64,000 nt of DNA from an uncultured delta proteobacterium (GCA_963754925.1 CAVWHX010000004.1:576001-640000), one strand, 5' to 3'; positions 1 to 10,704 are shown, numbered from the stretch's first letter. The notes: generated from the sequence alone by a model not told the origin. Program-made: numbers and translations.

Positions 1-1052
1 TGCAGGCTGTTGAGCACCGCGGCGAGCGTCGTGGGCCCCGTCAGCAGCACGTGGTAGTCACGCTGGAGCAGTTCGAGCAATCCGGGCCGGCGCAGCACTT
101 CGGCATACAGCCCTTCGGTCGGTAGAAACATCAGGGCAAAGTCGGTGGTGTTGGGTGGATCGAGATATTTATCGCGAATGTCTCGGGCATAACCCTTAAT
201 ACACGCCTCCAGTCGCCGGGTCGACTCGTCAACCAGGCCAGCATTACCTTTTTCGGCGGCGTCGATCAACCGCTGGTAATCCTCCTGGGGAAACTTCGCG
301 TCGATCGGCAGCCAAACCACCTGGCCTTCGCATTCGCTGCGGCCGGGCAGCTTGATGGCGTACTCGACCCGCTCGGAGCAACCACCCTTGGTAGCCACGT
401 TCTGCCCGTACTGATCCGGGGCGAAGATTTGCTCGAGCAGGTTGCCCAGTTGGATCTCTCCGAAGGTGCCGCGAGTCTTGACGTTGGTCAGCACTTTTTT
501 GAGATCCCCCACCCCGGCGGCCAGTGACTGCATCTCGCCCAATCCCTTGTGGACTTGCTCGAGTCGCTCGCTGACCAGCCGGAACGAATCGCTCAAGCGC
601 TTCTCCAAAGTGCCTTGGAGTTTCTCATCCACGGTCTTACGCATCTCTTCGAGCTTCTTGGTGTTGTCCTCCTGTAAGGCCAGAAGACGCGCCTCGACGG
701 TCGCTTTGAGCGTCTCCCCCCGTCCCTCCATGCTCCGGCTCATTTCTCCGAGAATACGTAGAACCGAGTCGTTGAAACCTTTGAGGGTGACGAGCACCTC
801 CTCCCGCAGCTGCTTGAAGCTTCCGCCAAGTTCTTCGCGAAGGGCGCGCGATTGGCGATCGGCCTCTTCTCGAGCCTGGGAGGCCCGTTCACCGATCGCG
901 CCTTCGATGCGCTCGAGGTCGCGTGCGTTGCTGTCGAGCCGAGAACCAATCTGAGAAAGCTCCTTTGACGGCAACCGCAGCAGGATCGCAACCAACAATC
1001 CAACCAGGACAACCAAAAGGATGACTGAAACGATGCTCATAACGTCCAACAC
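1..1052 (-). CDS. rmuC: DNA recombination protein RmuC (runs off the window start)
   Basis: Manual translation, absent from the ORF track: N-terminal TM (SIVSVILLVVLVGLLVAILL), then VKTRGTFGEIQL, WLPIDAKFPQEDY, TTDFALMFLPTEGLYAEV, GPTTLAAVLNSLQ. GTG at 1052 after AGGAAGG; alternative ATG at 1040. Confidence 0.93.
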   Translation of the reverse strand, partial: MLDVMSIVSVILLVVLVGLLVAILLRLPSKELSQIGSRLDSNARDLERIEGAIGERASQAREEADRQSRALREELGGSFKQLREEVLVTLKGFNDSVLRILGEMSRSMEGRGETLKATVEARLLALQEDNTKKLEEMRKTVDEKLQGTLEKRLSDSFRLVSERLEQVHKGLGEMQSLAAGVGDLKKVLTNVKTRGTFGEIQLGNLLEQIFAPDQYGQNVATKGGCSERVEYAIKLPGRSECEGQVVWLPIDAKFPQEDYQRLIDAAEKGNAGLVDESTRRLEACIKGYARDIRDKYLDPPNTTDFALMFLPTEGLYAEVLRRPGLLELLQRDYHVLLTGPTTLAAVLNSL

Positions 1053-1170
1053 GAGAAACCTTCCTATGCGTATCAGCATTCAACCGGTATCATCGAGTGG
1101 CATTATAGCTGCATTTGATTTTTTGCATATCGATTTGATGATTAGGCCTACGAATGTTGCAAGCCGCTGG

Positions 1171-1533
1171 TTATTTCCAGAAGATCATTCTCATCGACAC
1201 TATCAGCAGTACTACGCCAAATATCTTTTTCAAGTGCTCGGTCTCGATATTCGTCGCGAGTTTCGCACCGAAATATCCCCCAACCAAAAAACCAGCCGCT
1301 ATTAACAGGGCAATCGGTATATTTACGTAACCGCTTTTGTAATACTCTAAGGCCGCAAAAAAGCCGATCGGCGGTATCATGGCGGCAAGCGTTGTGCCCT
1401 GCGCCTGATGCTGGTCAAAATGGAGAAATAGAACCATGGCCGGTATCATGATGATGCCGCCGCCAATGCCGATTAGTCCGCCGAGAACTCCACTACAAAG
1501 ACCAATAATGGTTGCTATCCAATACATATGCAC
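1171..1533 (-). CDS. Sulfite exporter TauE/SafE family membrane protein (short, about 4 TM)
   Basis: GLIGIGGGIIMIP and AQGTTLA motifs; fully hydrophobic 120 aa. Confidence 0.85.
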   Translation of the reverse strand: MHMYWIATIIGLCSGVLGGLIGIGGGIIMIPAMVLFLHFDQHQAQGTTLAAMIPPIGFFAALEYYKSGYVNIPIALLIAAGFLVGGYFGAKLATNIETEHLKKIFGVVLLIVSMRMIFWK

Positions 1534-1566
1534 CTCGATCTGAAATGCTGATGTGCCGTCATGGGC

Positions 1567-3282
1567 TCATTTTTTTAAGGTATAGGCCAGCGCGTAACCT
1601 TCTCGGCGGTAGTCGCTCACTGCCCGATATTCGTCTCCCACAGCGAATACGCCATGGACATCGCCAATGAGCTCGTCTTTGTTCTGTATCGCATACCCCC
1701 TGGCGGAAAGACCGGACAGAAGCTCCGGGTCCAGGGGCGCCGCTTCGTGGGAGAGCGCATCTGGCCATCCTTGGTGGTGAAGCCTACTTTTTTGTACCGC
1801 TTCCTCTGGGGACATCCCGTGAACGATCGTCGCAATGAGGACAAACGCCAATGTCGTCGGAATCGTAGGCCCTCCCGGCGTGCCCAGGACCATCTCCACC
1901 CGATCGCCGTCTTCGACGAGGACCGGAGCCATATTGCTTGCCGGTCGTTTCCCGGGACCAAAAAGGTTTGGTTTGCTGCCGATAACGCCGAAATAGTTCT
2001 CCTTACCCTCCACGAAGGAGAACGAATCCATGCTTCCGTTGAGGAGGAATCCAGCACCCTCGACGCTCCATTTCGAGCCATATCGTAAATTCATGGTGTA
2101 TGAGTTGGAGACCGCGTTGCCCTCTGCATCAACCACGGAGAAATGGGTCGTGTCGTCGCTCGCGCCATGATTCTTATCTGCCACGACGGTTGGATCCTCG
2201 GAACGCAAACGGTGCAGAAGCACCTCGGTACCCGTGTCCTTGGTTCCATCAATGAAACGATACCGTTTTTCGGCATTGGCTCTGTCGAAAATGCCCCTAT
2301 AGACCATATTGGTATCAAGAGGGATGTCACCCAGGTAATCAAGGCGGTCGATAAACGCGATCTTCGCCGCCTGGGCCAAGTAGTGGTGGTAGTCAGGACC
2401 GCCAGGACGGAGGCGATAGAATTCGTCTCGGTCGAGTATAGCGAGAATTTCGATAAGCAGCGCGCCACCCGCTTCCGGTGGGACCGTCCATACTCGTTTC
2501 CCCCGAATGTCAATACCGACCGGGGCGACTTCGCGTATCGTATAGTTGGCAAGATCCGCGGCTTCCAAAAATCCGCCATTGGCCGAGAGATCGCCGATAA
2601 TCTGCTCGGCAATTCTGCCGCGGTAGAATGCCGTTTCTCCCTCCTTGGCAAGCACTTTCAACGTCCGAGCCAGATGCATGTTTTTAAGAATGTCACCGGG
2701 ACTGAAGGGATCGTACTTCGTATACACTCGCGCTGATTCAGGCGATGCCTTGAGTTTGGGGGCAAGCCGGTTGAGACAGTCAGCCTCATACTGCGTGACC
2801 AGGGCCCCGTCCTCGGCACGTCGTGCTATCGCAATCAGCAGGTTCTTGGCGTTAAGCTTTCCATACCGTCGCTGCAGGGCGAAAAACGCCTTGACGGTCC
2901 CGGGAACACACACGGATGTGGGTCCGTAGGCCGTCTTATTTGGGTCAGGAGATCCATCCGGCAGCAGAAACGCTTCGCGGGTCGCTCGGGCGGGCGACTG
3001 TTCGCGATAGTTGAATACTTTCGGCTGGCGCTCGTTGGTTACTTTAAAGAGCAGGTAGCCGCCACCGCCGATATTGCCGGCTTGAGGATGGAATACACAG
3101 AGCGAGAATGCCAGAGAAAATGCGGCATCGAAAGCATTTCCACCACTGCGGAGGACAGCAATGGCAAGCTCGGTTGCCTGTTTCGAAACCGAGGCGACAG
3201 CACCCTTGCCCTGGGCCGTGCTGACCCTTCCCGGCGTGCTCGTTGACAAATGAACGCGGAAATCGTTGTAGGTGGCGCTCAT
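1567..3282 (-). CDS. ggt: Gamma-glutamyltransferase, no signal peptide seen
   Basis: GGNAFDAA, GNIGGGGY, nucleophile Thr in DDTTHFSVVD, GKRPASNMAP, GTPGG; likely start ATG 3282 (ORF opens at 3375). Confidence 0.9.
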   Translation of the reverse strand: MSATYNDFRVHLSTSTPGRVSTAQGKGAVASVSKQATELAIAVLRSGGNAFDAAFSLAFSLCVFHPQAGNIGGGGYLLFKVTNERQPKVFNYREQSPARATREAFLLPDGSPDPNKTAYGPTSVCVPGTVKAFFALQRRYGKLNAKNLLIAIARRAEDGALVTQYEADCLNRLAPKLKASPESARVYTKYDPFSPGDILKNMHLARTLKVLAKEGETAFYRGRIAEQIIGDLSANGGFLEAADLANYTIREVAPVGIDIRGKRVWTVPPEAGGALLIEILAILDRDEFYRLRPGGPDYHHYLAQAAKIAFIDRLDYLGDIPLDTNMVYRGIFDRANAEKRYRFIDGTKDTGTEVLLHRLRSEDPTVVADKNHGASDDTTHFSVVDAEGNAVSNSYTMNLRYGSKWSVEGAGFLLNGSMDSFSFVEGKENYFGVIGSKPNLFGPGKRPASNMAPVLVEDGDRVEMVLGTPGGPTIPTTLAFVLIATIVHGMSPEEAVQKSRLHHQGWPDALSHEAAPLDPELLSGLSARGYAIQNKDELIGDVHGVFAVGDEYRAVSDYRREGYALAYTLKK

Positions 3283-3426
3283 GAAACCAACAAACTGCAC
3301 AAACAGGGGCTTGTCAAGCGGAGACCCTGGATATGCCTCGTTGGCTGTTTCCTGTTGACGGGCTCCTTTGAACAAACCTATTATCGGGCTTCAGCACAAA
3401 TACTCTTATGCAGGTGGAGGTGAAAA

Positions 3427-4290
3427 ATGAGAAACACAACGTTTGTCTTCGCGCTCGTTATTACTATCGTCGCCTCAGGCGTTACGCTCGCTCAATCACG
3501 GGGGCACCGCTGCGAACAGAAAAAGAACGACCTCAATACCTACACCTTACGACTATCCAGCCTCAATATTGAACTCGCCCCAATCGATCAGGAAATCGAC
3601 AGGCTCAACCGGCGCATTCAGGAATTACGTGAAGCCCAACAGCAAAAAATAAACGAACGCAATGCGTTGCAAGAATCTGTCCGCGCTTTGGAAGAGGATA
3701 TGGATCGCGTATGCCGACCGTATGAAGCCCGCGAATGCCTCGCGCTCGAGAACCGAGCCGACAACCTCAGGGGGCGGGCGCACCCGCTCAACGAGCGGAT
3801 GAACGCTATTCGCAACGATATCCAGAATCTCAACCAAGAAGTCGGCCGATCGAGCCGTGAGGCAGAGCGGATTGAGAACCAATATAATCAGCTTGGCTGC
3901 GGCAACCTCGTCCCCGGCCAAACCGCTCAGGCGACCATCGACCGGTGCTCGGACCTTTTCAGCGAATGGAACCGTTTGCAGGCCGATATCAACGCCGATC
4001 ACGCGTCGATCAATACCCTTCGCGGACGGTATGACCAGTTCGCCCGCGAACAGCAAACGCTCAGGTCCGAGGTCTCCCGCCTGGTTGCGGATATGCGCGC
4101 GAGGTGCCACGACAGCGAACGTCTTGGTGAATTAGAGGCCATCGATCGCGATCACAGCAACTTCATTATGCTCAAGACCGAGCTTGACGATATGGCCTCC
4201 CGAATCAACCGCTTCCGCATGTTGAAGATACTCAAGCCGAATGTGAAACCGCGCGACGATCAACGCGAGGCGCCGCATATCACCCCATAA
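3427..4290 (+). CDS. Secreted coiled-coil hypothetical protein
   Basis: GGAGG RBS, signal peptide ending TLA-Q, heptad-rich body, six Cys. Confidence 0.75.
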   Translation: MRNTTFVFALVITIVASGVTLAQSRGHRCEQKKNDLNTYTLRLSSLNIELAPIDQEIDRLNRRIQELREAQQQKINERNALQESVRALEEDMDRVCRPYEARECLALENRADNLRGRAHPLNERMNAIRNDIQNLNQEVGRSSREAERIENQYNQLGCGNLVPGQTAQATIDRCSDLFSEWNRLQADINADHASINTLRGRYDQFAREQQTLRSEVSRLVADMRARCHDSERLGELEAIDRDHSNFIMLKTELDDMASRINRFRMLKILKPNVKPRDDQREAPHITP

Positions 4291-4367
4291 AGCCACTAAG
4301 GAATGTTTTCCGCCGCGTTGACTGCCGCTGATTCTGAAAATCAAATTGAGCGCGGTTAAAGCCGCGG

Positions 4368-5321
4368 TCAGGCCATCTGCCACTCTGGCTGGATTGGGTT
4401 TGAATCAAGCGACGGGTTAATCACGTGCATGTCAGGGGTGACCCGAATGCGCACACAGTTGGATGCATCGGCTGCAAGTCGGCGAACCAACGTTCGATGG
4501 AGCGCGTGTCCCGATTTGTGGGCCACCACCCTTCCTAACAGCACCCCGCCTAACAATGCCAAGTCGCCGAGGATGTCGAGCACTTTATGGCGGACGAATT
4601 CGTCCGGAAAGCGCAGGCCGCCCGGGTTGAGGATCGAAAATGAGTCAATAACAATAGCGTTGTCGAGCGAGCCGCCACGCGCCAACCCTGCTCGTTGCAA
4701 CGTTTCCACATCTTTGAGAAAGCCGAACGTGCGCGCCGGAGCGATCTCATTCTGGAACCCAACCGCATCATGAATGTACAGATGGCGTTGATCGCTGACC
4801 AGCGGATGATCGTAATCCAACCGACAGTCGATCTGCAGCCGGTGCGCGGGTCGCACGGCTATGAGCCGGTCGCCGTCGCGAACAGACACCGAGCGTCTCA
4901 AACACCATAAGGAACGCAATCGGTCTTGGCGACGGATACCCGCATCGTTAATGAGTTGAACAAAGGGCGTAGCGCTGCCGTCGAGGATGGGAACCTCTGA
5001 TCCACTGAGCACCACCCGGCAGTTATCCACCCCCATGCCCAACAGCACCGCCAGCAGATGTTCGACCGTGGACACCCGCACGCCGTTTGTTTCCAAGGTC
5101 GTACACAGCTCCGATTCTCTAATAGAACGCGGGCAGCATTTCACAATCGGTCGACCCGGCAGGTCCGCCCGTTCGAAGACGATCCCGGTATCCTCCGGCG
5201 CAGGCCCCAGTTGAAACTCGATACTCTTACCACTATGCAATCCGACGCCCTGCGTCCCGGTCCAATTTTTCAGCGTGTGTTGATTGCAATAGCTTTCAGG
5301 TGAGTCAGAGCGTTTATCCAT
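4368..5321 (-). CDS. lpxC: UDP-3-O-acyl-N-acetylglucosamine deacetylase
   Basis: GVGLHSG, TVEHLLA, PILDGSA, IAPARTFGF, EFVRHKVLD, SGHALH; start uncertain (5321 or 5336). Confidence 0.95.
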   Translation of the reverse strand: MDKRSDSPESYCNQHTLKNWTGTQGVGLHSGKSIEFQLGPAPEDTGIVFERADLPGRPIVKCCPRSIRESELCTTLETNGVRVSTVEHLLAVLLGMGVDNCRVVLSGSEVPILDGSATPFVQLINDAGIRRQDRLRSLWCLRRSVSVRDGDRLIAVRPAHRLQIDCRLDYDHPLVSDQRHLYIHDAVGFQNEIAPARTFGFLKDVETLQRAGLARGGSLDNAIVIDSFSILNPGGLRFPDEFVRHKVLDILGDLALLGGVLLGRVVAHKSGHALHRTLVRRLAADASNCVRIRVTPDMHVINPSLDSNPIQPEWQMA

Positions 5322-5493
5322 TCGGCACCACAACAATCCCCGAGCAACATCAAGGTTTTTGAAATAAAAGAAATCTGCTATAGTTCGTTCCCATATTCAA
5401 CAAAATACAATAAATATTTTTTAGCTTTTCACTATACCATAATAGTCCGGTCGTATCAACTCCTCATTTACAAAACAGGCCAGCGTTTTTTTA

Positions 5494-5509
5494 AGCAAAG
5501 CTTATGCCA
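5494..5509 (-). promoter_or_regulatory. Sigma-54 (-24/-12) promoter of lpxC
   Basis: Minus strand TGGCATAAGCTTTGCT (GG-N10-GC). IHF-like AGTCAAGTAGTTA at 5547-5559 and TGTCA-N8-TGACA palindrome at 5623-5640 lie upstream. Confidence 0.75.
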
Positions 5510-5744
5510 GCGCGTACATATCGACCATAAAAATCTTCAATTGTCAAGTCAAGTAGTTACATAACCGACGAAAGGTTTCCAGGCCTCAGGAATTGGCTAG
5601 AGTAATCAAAAAGCCACACTATTGTCAAAAAACTGTGACAAAATACCACTGTCCTGATTCATTGTCTTCTTCCGAGGGGTACCATGACGACCGTGTTGAG
5701 CGGATCAATTAACACCCATAGCACGTTCAGATTCTTTGTAGTCT

Positions 5745-5883
5745 TCTAACCCCTTCTCGCTGCGCTTCGAGGGACAAGAGGTTGTAAGCCTCGCTTCACT
5801 CGGCAACAACCTCTAGCCCCTTCTCGCTGCGCTTCGAGGGACAAGAGGTTGTAAGCCTCGCTTCACTCGGCAACAACCTCTAG
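5745..5883. repeat. Two tandem 67-bp units of the TAA-hairpin element family
   Basis: CCCCTTCTCGCTGCGCTTCGAGGGACAAGAGGTTGTAAGCCTCGCTTCACTCGGCAACAACCTCTAG occurs twice; the upstream gene stops inside the second copy. Confidence 0.9.
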
Positions 5884-7359
5884 CCAAACATGGGCTTCTT
5901 TCTGAAGCTGTGCTTCATCAAGGGGCATGTTTCTCAGCTCGCCTCGTCGACAAATTTGATCGTAGGTATTGGTGAGACAATCGCGGAACTTCAAGGTATC
6001 CTCGACAAAGGTTTTGCCCCAGCGAGTGCGATCGAGATTCGGGGACAATCCATGTACGAGCACCGCGTGGTAGTTTTCGAATGGTTCTCCGTCACCGTAC
6101 CGAAGCAGGTTATAGCTGGTCTGAAGGAAATACTCCGAGAATAGTTGCAAAATTTTCGGCACGTGCTGTTGCCTATTCGATAACAGCTGGTTACGTTCAA
6201 TCACCTCCGCAATCAAACGACGATAAATGCAGAGGTCTAGCCGCAGGCGGCTCGCCTGATTTTTATTGGCGAGAACGTGGTCGAAAAGTCGCGTTGCATC
6301 CACGTTCGATAGATAGACCTGAAGCAAGCGCCCCACGCAACCCTTGAGAAACTCATCAAGAATGGTGCGGCTTGATTCGATCGAACGCTCACGATCGCCA
6401 AACAATTTTGAACGCTGCAAGTCGATGGTCACCAGATGCTCGCCGAAGATCCGATTCAACTCAAGACGCAGATTCTCACTCATGGAACCGACAACCTCGC
6501 TCAACGACGGGTTTCCGGCGGCAGATTTCTCGGATAGTAAACGCAAAAAACCGGTGAGGGTGGTGGCCTCGGACTTGAACAACGTAAAAAGAATGAGCGA
6601 ACGTCGCGACAGATGGCTTTTGCCCTTACGGGGAACATAGCGGAGGTAGTGCAGCAAGCGCAGCAACGCCAAGAATATCTTTTCGACGTAATGACGTTCC
6701 TGGTGGTTCAAAATTTGGCGGAGCGCATCGAGTATCTCGACAATGCGGATGCGATCGTATTCCGGGCGAAACTCAAGTAACAGCAGTGGGTTGAAGAACC
6801 GATTGAAGGCAATCTCGCGCGTTACTATCTGACCGAAGTGATAAAACAAGGGATAGGGACTATACTCTCGCTTGAGCAAGGCATCGAGCACCTTCATCAG
6901 GTCGCGCAGACAGCGGTTAAGAAGAAACAAGCTCTCCTCGGGACGTTTTTGATCCAGGGAGTGACGCAGCAGCTGCAGGCGCACATAGTCGGGAGCGACA
7001 TGGTTTTCGATATAGCTTTGGAAGGCCAGTGAGCTTGCCAGGCCGCGATCGACCAATAATTGGGTTAACTGCGAGCAGCGGACGAGCGCGCCGCGCAGCA
7101 CTGCCAGCTCTTCAGAAAAGTCGCGCGTAATGGCGAGCTCGCGCTCGCCCAAAAACTGATTATGGAGGTTGAAGAAACAGCCAATTGCTCGTAGGTACAT
7201 CTCTAGCTCGAAGAGGGTTTCTTCCTTACGTTTCATGGTGAGCTGACGAAACCAGGTCTGACGGTCGACCTGGTAGCCTTCCCGTTGCCACTTTGAGTCC
7301 TTAGCCAGCTCGAATAGTAAATCGCGCACAAAGGATTGATTGTCGGTGGGATGGTGCAT
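5863..7359 (-). CDS. Helical hypothetical protein (498 aa)
   Basis: Long Leu/Arg/Glu-rich ORF with GAGGGG RBS; no motif recognised; last residues (LEVVAE*) are repeat-derived. Confidence 0.8.
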   Translation of the reverse strand: MHHPTDNQSFVRDLLFELAKDSKWQREGYQVDRQTWFRQLTMKRKEETLFELEMYLRAIGCFFNLHNQFLGERELAITRDFSEELAVLRGALVRCSQLTQLLVDRGLASSLAFQSYIENHVAPDYVRLQLLRHSLDQKRPEESLFLLNRCLRDLMKVLDALLKREYSPYPLFYHFGQIVTREIAFNRFFNPLLLLEFRPEYDRIRIVEILDALRQILNHQERHYVEKIFLALLRLLHYLRYVPRKGKSHLSRRSLILFTLFKSEATTLTGFLRLLSEKSAAGNPSLSEVVGSMSENLRLELNRIFGEHLVTIDLQRSKLFGDRERSIESSRTILDEFLKGCVGRLLQVYLSNVDATRLFDHVLANKNQASRLRLDLCIYRRLIAEVIERNQLLSNRQQHVPKILQLFSEYFLQTSYNLLRYGDGEPFENYHAVLVHGLSPNLDRTRWGKTFVEDTLKFRDCLTNTYDQICRRGELRNMPLDEAQLQKEAHVWLEVVAE

Positions 7360-7413
7360 GGCAGATACCCCCTCGACACGAGGTTAGGGTAAACCCCACA
7401 ACCGTATCTAAAA

Positions 7414-7559
7414 TCTTATCGCAATCGCCGGGATAAGACCAGAAACAATCTCTAGTCCCCTGACGGGGATAAGAGACTGCCCACAGGATAAGAGACTGTA
7501 ACTCCCTTCGGTCGTAACAGTCTCTAATAACGCTCACTCCGTTCGCTAACAGTCTCTAA
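7414..7559. repeat. Cluster of TAA-hairpin elements: one full copy at 7489-7527 plus fragments
   Basis: TAA GAGACTG TAACTCCCTTCGGTCGTAA CAGTCTC TAA; the terminal fragment contains the ruvB stop codon. Confidence 0.85.
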
Positions 7560-8587
7560 AAGAGTGTCGGCTGTTGGCCGCAGAACTTAAGCCCCAAGTG
7601 CTCATACGCTTGGCGTGTCGCCACTCGACCGCGCGGGGTGCGCTGCAACAAGCCCTCCTGAAGCAAAAAGGGCTCGTAGACATCCTCAAGCGTCTCGCTC
7701 TCTTCCGAAAGCGAAGCAGCAATGGCATCCACCCCGACCGGACCGCCGTCGAACTTCTCGATGATAGCGCGCAAGATGCGATGATCCATTCGGTCGAGAC
7801 CCAATCCATCCACTTCCAAGCGCGCCAGCGCATCCTGCGCTACCGTTAACGTCACCCGACCATCGGCAAGCACCTCGGCGAAGTCGCGCAGGCGGCGCAG
7901 CAGGCGGTTGGCGATGCGCGGGGTCCCGCGCGAACGTCGGGCGACTTCCAAAGCGGCATCTTCAGCCACCGCCACGTTCAGGATGCGCGCGGAACGTCTC
8001 AAGATTTGGGCAAGTTCTTCCGCGGGGTAGAATTCAAGTCGGCAGATCACCCCGAAACGGTCGCGCATCGGCGATGAGAGTAACGCCGTTCGGGTGGTCG
8101 CGCCTACCAGGGTAAAATGAGGGAGCTGCAGGCGCAGATTGCGTGCCGAGGGCCCTTCGCCGACCATATAATCAAAATGGAAGTCCTCCATGGCCGGGTA
8201 CAGGCTCTCTTCCACCACGCTGGGGAGGCGGTGAATCTCGTCGATGAACAAGACATCGCGGTTCTTGAGATTGGTCAGGATTCCGGCCAGATCGCCCTTG
8301 CGTTCAATCGCCGGACCCGATGTGGTTACAATGTCAACCTGAAGCTCGCGGGCGATCACGGTCGCCAGGGTGGTTTTACCCAGGCCGGGCGGCCCGCAGA
8401 AGAGCACATGGTCGAGCGCTTCTTCACGCTTGCGTGCAGCCTCGACGAACACCTTCAAATTGTCGGTGATCTTGCACTGGCCGACATATTCGGCGAAACA
8501 TTGCGGGCGTAGCGATTGCTCCAACGAGAGTTCGTCTGGCGTCGCTTCACTTGACAATGTGCGTACCTTATCTTTACGTGAAGCCAA
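7556..8587 (-). CDS. ruvB: Holliday junction branch migration helicase RuvB
   Basis: [49 protein letters not shown]. Confidence 0.98.
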   Translation of the reverse strand: MASRKDKVRTLSSEATPDELSLEQSLRPQCFAEYVGQCKITDNLKVFVEAARKREEALDHVLFCGPPGLGKTTLATVIARELQVDIVTTSGPAIERKGDLAGILTNLKNRDVLFIDEIHRLPSVVEESLYPAMEDFHFDYMVGEGPSARNLRLQLPHFTLVGATTRTALLSSPMRDRFGVICRLEFYPAEELAQILRRSARILNVAVAEDAALEVARRSRGTPRIANRLLRRLRDFAEVLADGRVTLTVAQDALARLEVDGLGLDRMDHRILRAIIEKFDGGPVGVDAIAASLSEESETLEDVYEPFLLQEGLLQRTPRGRVATRQAYEHLGLKFCGQQPTLF

Positions 8588-8629
8588 TGTCTAATCCCTC
8601 ATAAGAAATTTTGGAGCCTTTAAGCTCAC

Positions 8630-8812
8630 TATCTCTAACTGCCATTTCTCTAACCCCTGTCGCTTCGCTCCAGGGACAAGAGATTCTTGCCGAGCAACGC
8701 GAGGCTTAGAATCTCTTACCCCTTTAGGGGTAAAAGCCCATTGTACCAAATCTCTAATCCCCTTCGGGGATAAGAGCCTGTAACGCTCGCTTCGCTCGCT
8801 AACAGGCTCTAA
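8630..8812. repeat. Cluster of TAA-hairpin elements between ruvA and ruvB
   Basis: Copies with GAGATTC/GAATCTC and GAGCCTG/CAGGCTC stems plus CCCC-loop-GGGG hairpins; contains the ruvA stop codon. Confidence 0.85.
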
Positions 8813-9402
8813 CTCCTCAGCAGGCGCAAGGCCTGCGGCAGCAACTGTTCGAGATTCGCGCCGTCAAGCGCCTGGTGTTGCAGAGACGAAAGCGTGCGTT
8901 CGACTTCGAGGCCCTTGAATCCAAGATTCGTAAGCGCGCTGCGTAGGTCATCAAGCGTCGTGGTAACGGCGCCGTCCGGTCCTTCGGAAGCCCGGGCAAG
9001 CGGCACGAGACGATCTTTGAGTTCGAGAATCATCCGCTCGGCTTTTTTCTTACCCACCCCGGGAACCAGGCAGAGCCGGCCGACATCACCGGCACACACC
9101 GCTCCGGCCAGTTCGCGTGGTGCGATCCCGGAGAGCACCTGCAGCGCGGCCCGCGGGCCAAAACCGCTCATGCCGATCAAGGCCTCAAAGGCTGTTCGTT
9201 CATCGTGATCGAGAAAACCGAATAACTGGAGGGCATCCTCGCGGACATGGGTATGGATCCCAAGCGCTATGCGCTCGCCGATGTTCGGCATCCCCTCGAG
9301 CGCCAGGGCTGACATAAACACGCGGTAGCCGACCCCGGCGACATCGAGCACCACATAGTCGGCCGCCCTGCTACATACAATTCCTTCGAGCCGCGCTATC
9401 AT
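8809..9402 (-). CDS. ruvA: Holliday junction DNA-binding protein RuvA
   Basis: MIARLEG start, GVGYRV, HVREDALQLFGF, HhH motifs SGFGPRAA and VPGVGKKKAERMILELKD. Confidence 0.97.
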   Translation of the reverse strand: MIARLEGIVCSRAADYVVLDVAGVGYRVFMSALALEGMPNIGERIALGIHTHVREDALQLFGFLDHDERTAFEALIGMSGFGPRAALQVLSGIAPRELAGAVCAGDVGRLCLVPGVGKKKAERMILELKDRLVPLARASEGPDGAVTTTLDDLRSALTNLGFKGLEVERTLSSLQHQALDGANLEQLLPQALRLLRS

Positions 9403-9895
9403 TACGCCCCTTTTGCAAGACGATGCGAGCCTGAGCAGTACTGTCGTATAGATGGCATACGGCCACCGCCAACGCGTCCGACGCGTCGAGCTCGGCCGGA
9501 AGCTCACCAAAAATGCCTCGAAGCACCGATTGAACCTGCACTTTCTCAGCGGCGCCGTAACCGGTTATTGCCTGTTTGATCCGCCGGCTCGGATACTCGT
9601 GCACCGGAATATTCGCCCGGCCTGCAGCCAACAGAATCACCCCGCGCGCATGGCCGAGCACCAACGCACTGTGGGCGTTAACGCCGGTGAAAACCTCTTC
9701 GACCGCGATTTCTTCAGGTTGGTTCGCATCAATGACTTTTTCCAAGGAATTAAAAAGCCGCGCTAACCGCATCGATAACGGCCCCCGACCCGGCCGGATG
9801 ACACCGCTCACTATCATGCTGGGCTTTTGTCCGCGGCCTTCCACCACACCGTAACCGGTGCAGGTTGAGCCAGGATCAATGCCCAAAATACGCAC
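9371..9895 (-). CDS. ruvC: Crossover junction endodeoxyribonuclease RuvC
   Basis: RILGIDPGS, AVEEVF, LGHARG, DASDALAVA. Confidence 0.97.
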   Translation of the reverse strand: MRILGIDPGSTCTGYGVVEGRGQKPSMIVSGVIRPGRGPLSMRLARLFNSLEKVIDANQPEEIAVEEVFTGVNAHSALVLGHARGVILLAAGRANIPVHEYPSRRIKQAITGYGAAEKVQVQSVLRGIFGELPAELDASDALAVAVCHLYDSTAQARIVLQKGRNDSAARRNCM

Positions 9896-9960
9896 GGAGC
9901 CCTCCTCAATCCGTTACCGAACCCAACCTATTGCAACGGGGCCGCCTCGCGAACTACTGG

Positions 9961-10704
9961 CTAACCGGCCGGCATGTCTGCCGGATCGATATCAAAGTTG
10001 GCGTAGACGTTTTGAACATCGTCGTGATCCTCAAGCTCGCTGGCGAGCCGCAACACCTGCTCGGCTTCCTTGCCGGTCACCTTGACCGTATTCTGTGGGA
10101 TTTTATCGAGTTTAGCTGACTCGATCTTCAGGCCCGCCTTTTCCAACTTTTCTTTAACCGCTTGCAGTTTGTTCGGCTCGCAGGTTACCTGGAAGTTTTC
10201 TTCTTCCTCCTGGATATCGTCGGCGCCAGCATCTAAAGCGATGTCCATTAGCTTATCTTCGGTCAGGCCCGCCTTGGAGAGTAGTATCAACCCCTTGGCG
10301 ACGAACATCCAACCTACGCAACCAACCTCGCCAAGATTGCCGCCACATCGAGAGAACATCTTGCGGAATTCGCCCGTCGTGCGGTTTTTATTGTCGGTGA
10401 TTACCTCCACCAGGATGGCCACGCCACCTGGTCCATAACCCTCGTACGTGCCTTCTTCGTATGAAACCCCTTCGAGCTCTCCGGTCCCCTTTTTGATGGC
10501 GCGATCGATGTTGGTCGCCGGCATATTGTTGGCCTTGGCTTCAGTAACAGCGGCCCGTAAGCGTGGATTGCCATCCACACTGCCGCCACCGGAACGCGCC
10601 GCGATACTAATTTCCTTGATGAGGCGGGTGAAGATCCGACCGCGCTTCGCGTCGGCGGCACCCTTCTTGTGCTTGATCGTTGCCCACTTTGAATGCCCGG
10701 ACAT
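9961..10704 (-). CDS. yebC: YebC/PmpR family protein
   Basis: [35 protein letters not shown]; canonical yebC-ruvCAB order. Confidence 0.97.
   Translation of the reverse strand: MSGHSKWATIKHKKGAADAKRGRIFTRLIKEISIAARSGGGSVDGNPRLRAAVTEAKANNMPATNIDRAIKKGTGELEGVSYEEGTYEGYGPGGVAILVEVITDNKNRTTGEFRKMFSRCGGNLGEVGCVGWMFVAKGLILLSKAGLTEDKLMDIALDAGADDIQEEEENFQVTCEPNKLQAVKEKLEKAGLKIESAKLDKIPQNTVKVTGKEAEQVLRLASELEDHDDVQNVYANFDIDPADMPAG

Noticed and set aside
1..3282. ggt-tauE-rmuC as a functional system
   Set aside because: Only co-orientation supports it; no shared pathway evidence
5745..5883. 67-bp periodic repeat as a CRISPR mini-array
   Set aside because: The units are identical with no unique spacers, no cas genes are nearby, and it belongs to the dispersed hairpin family
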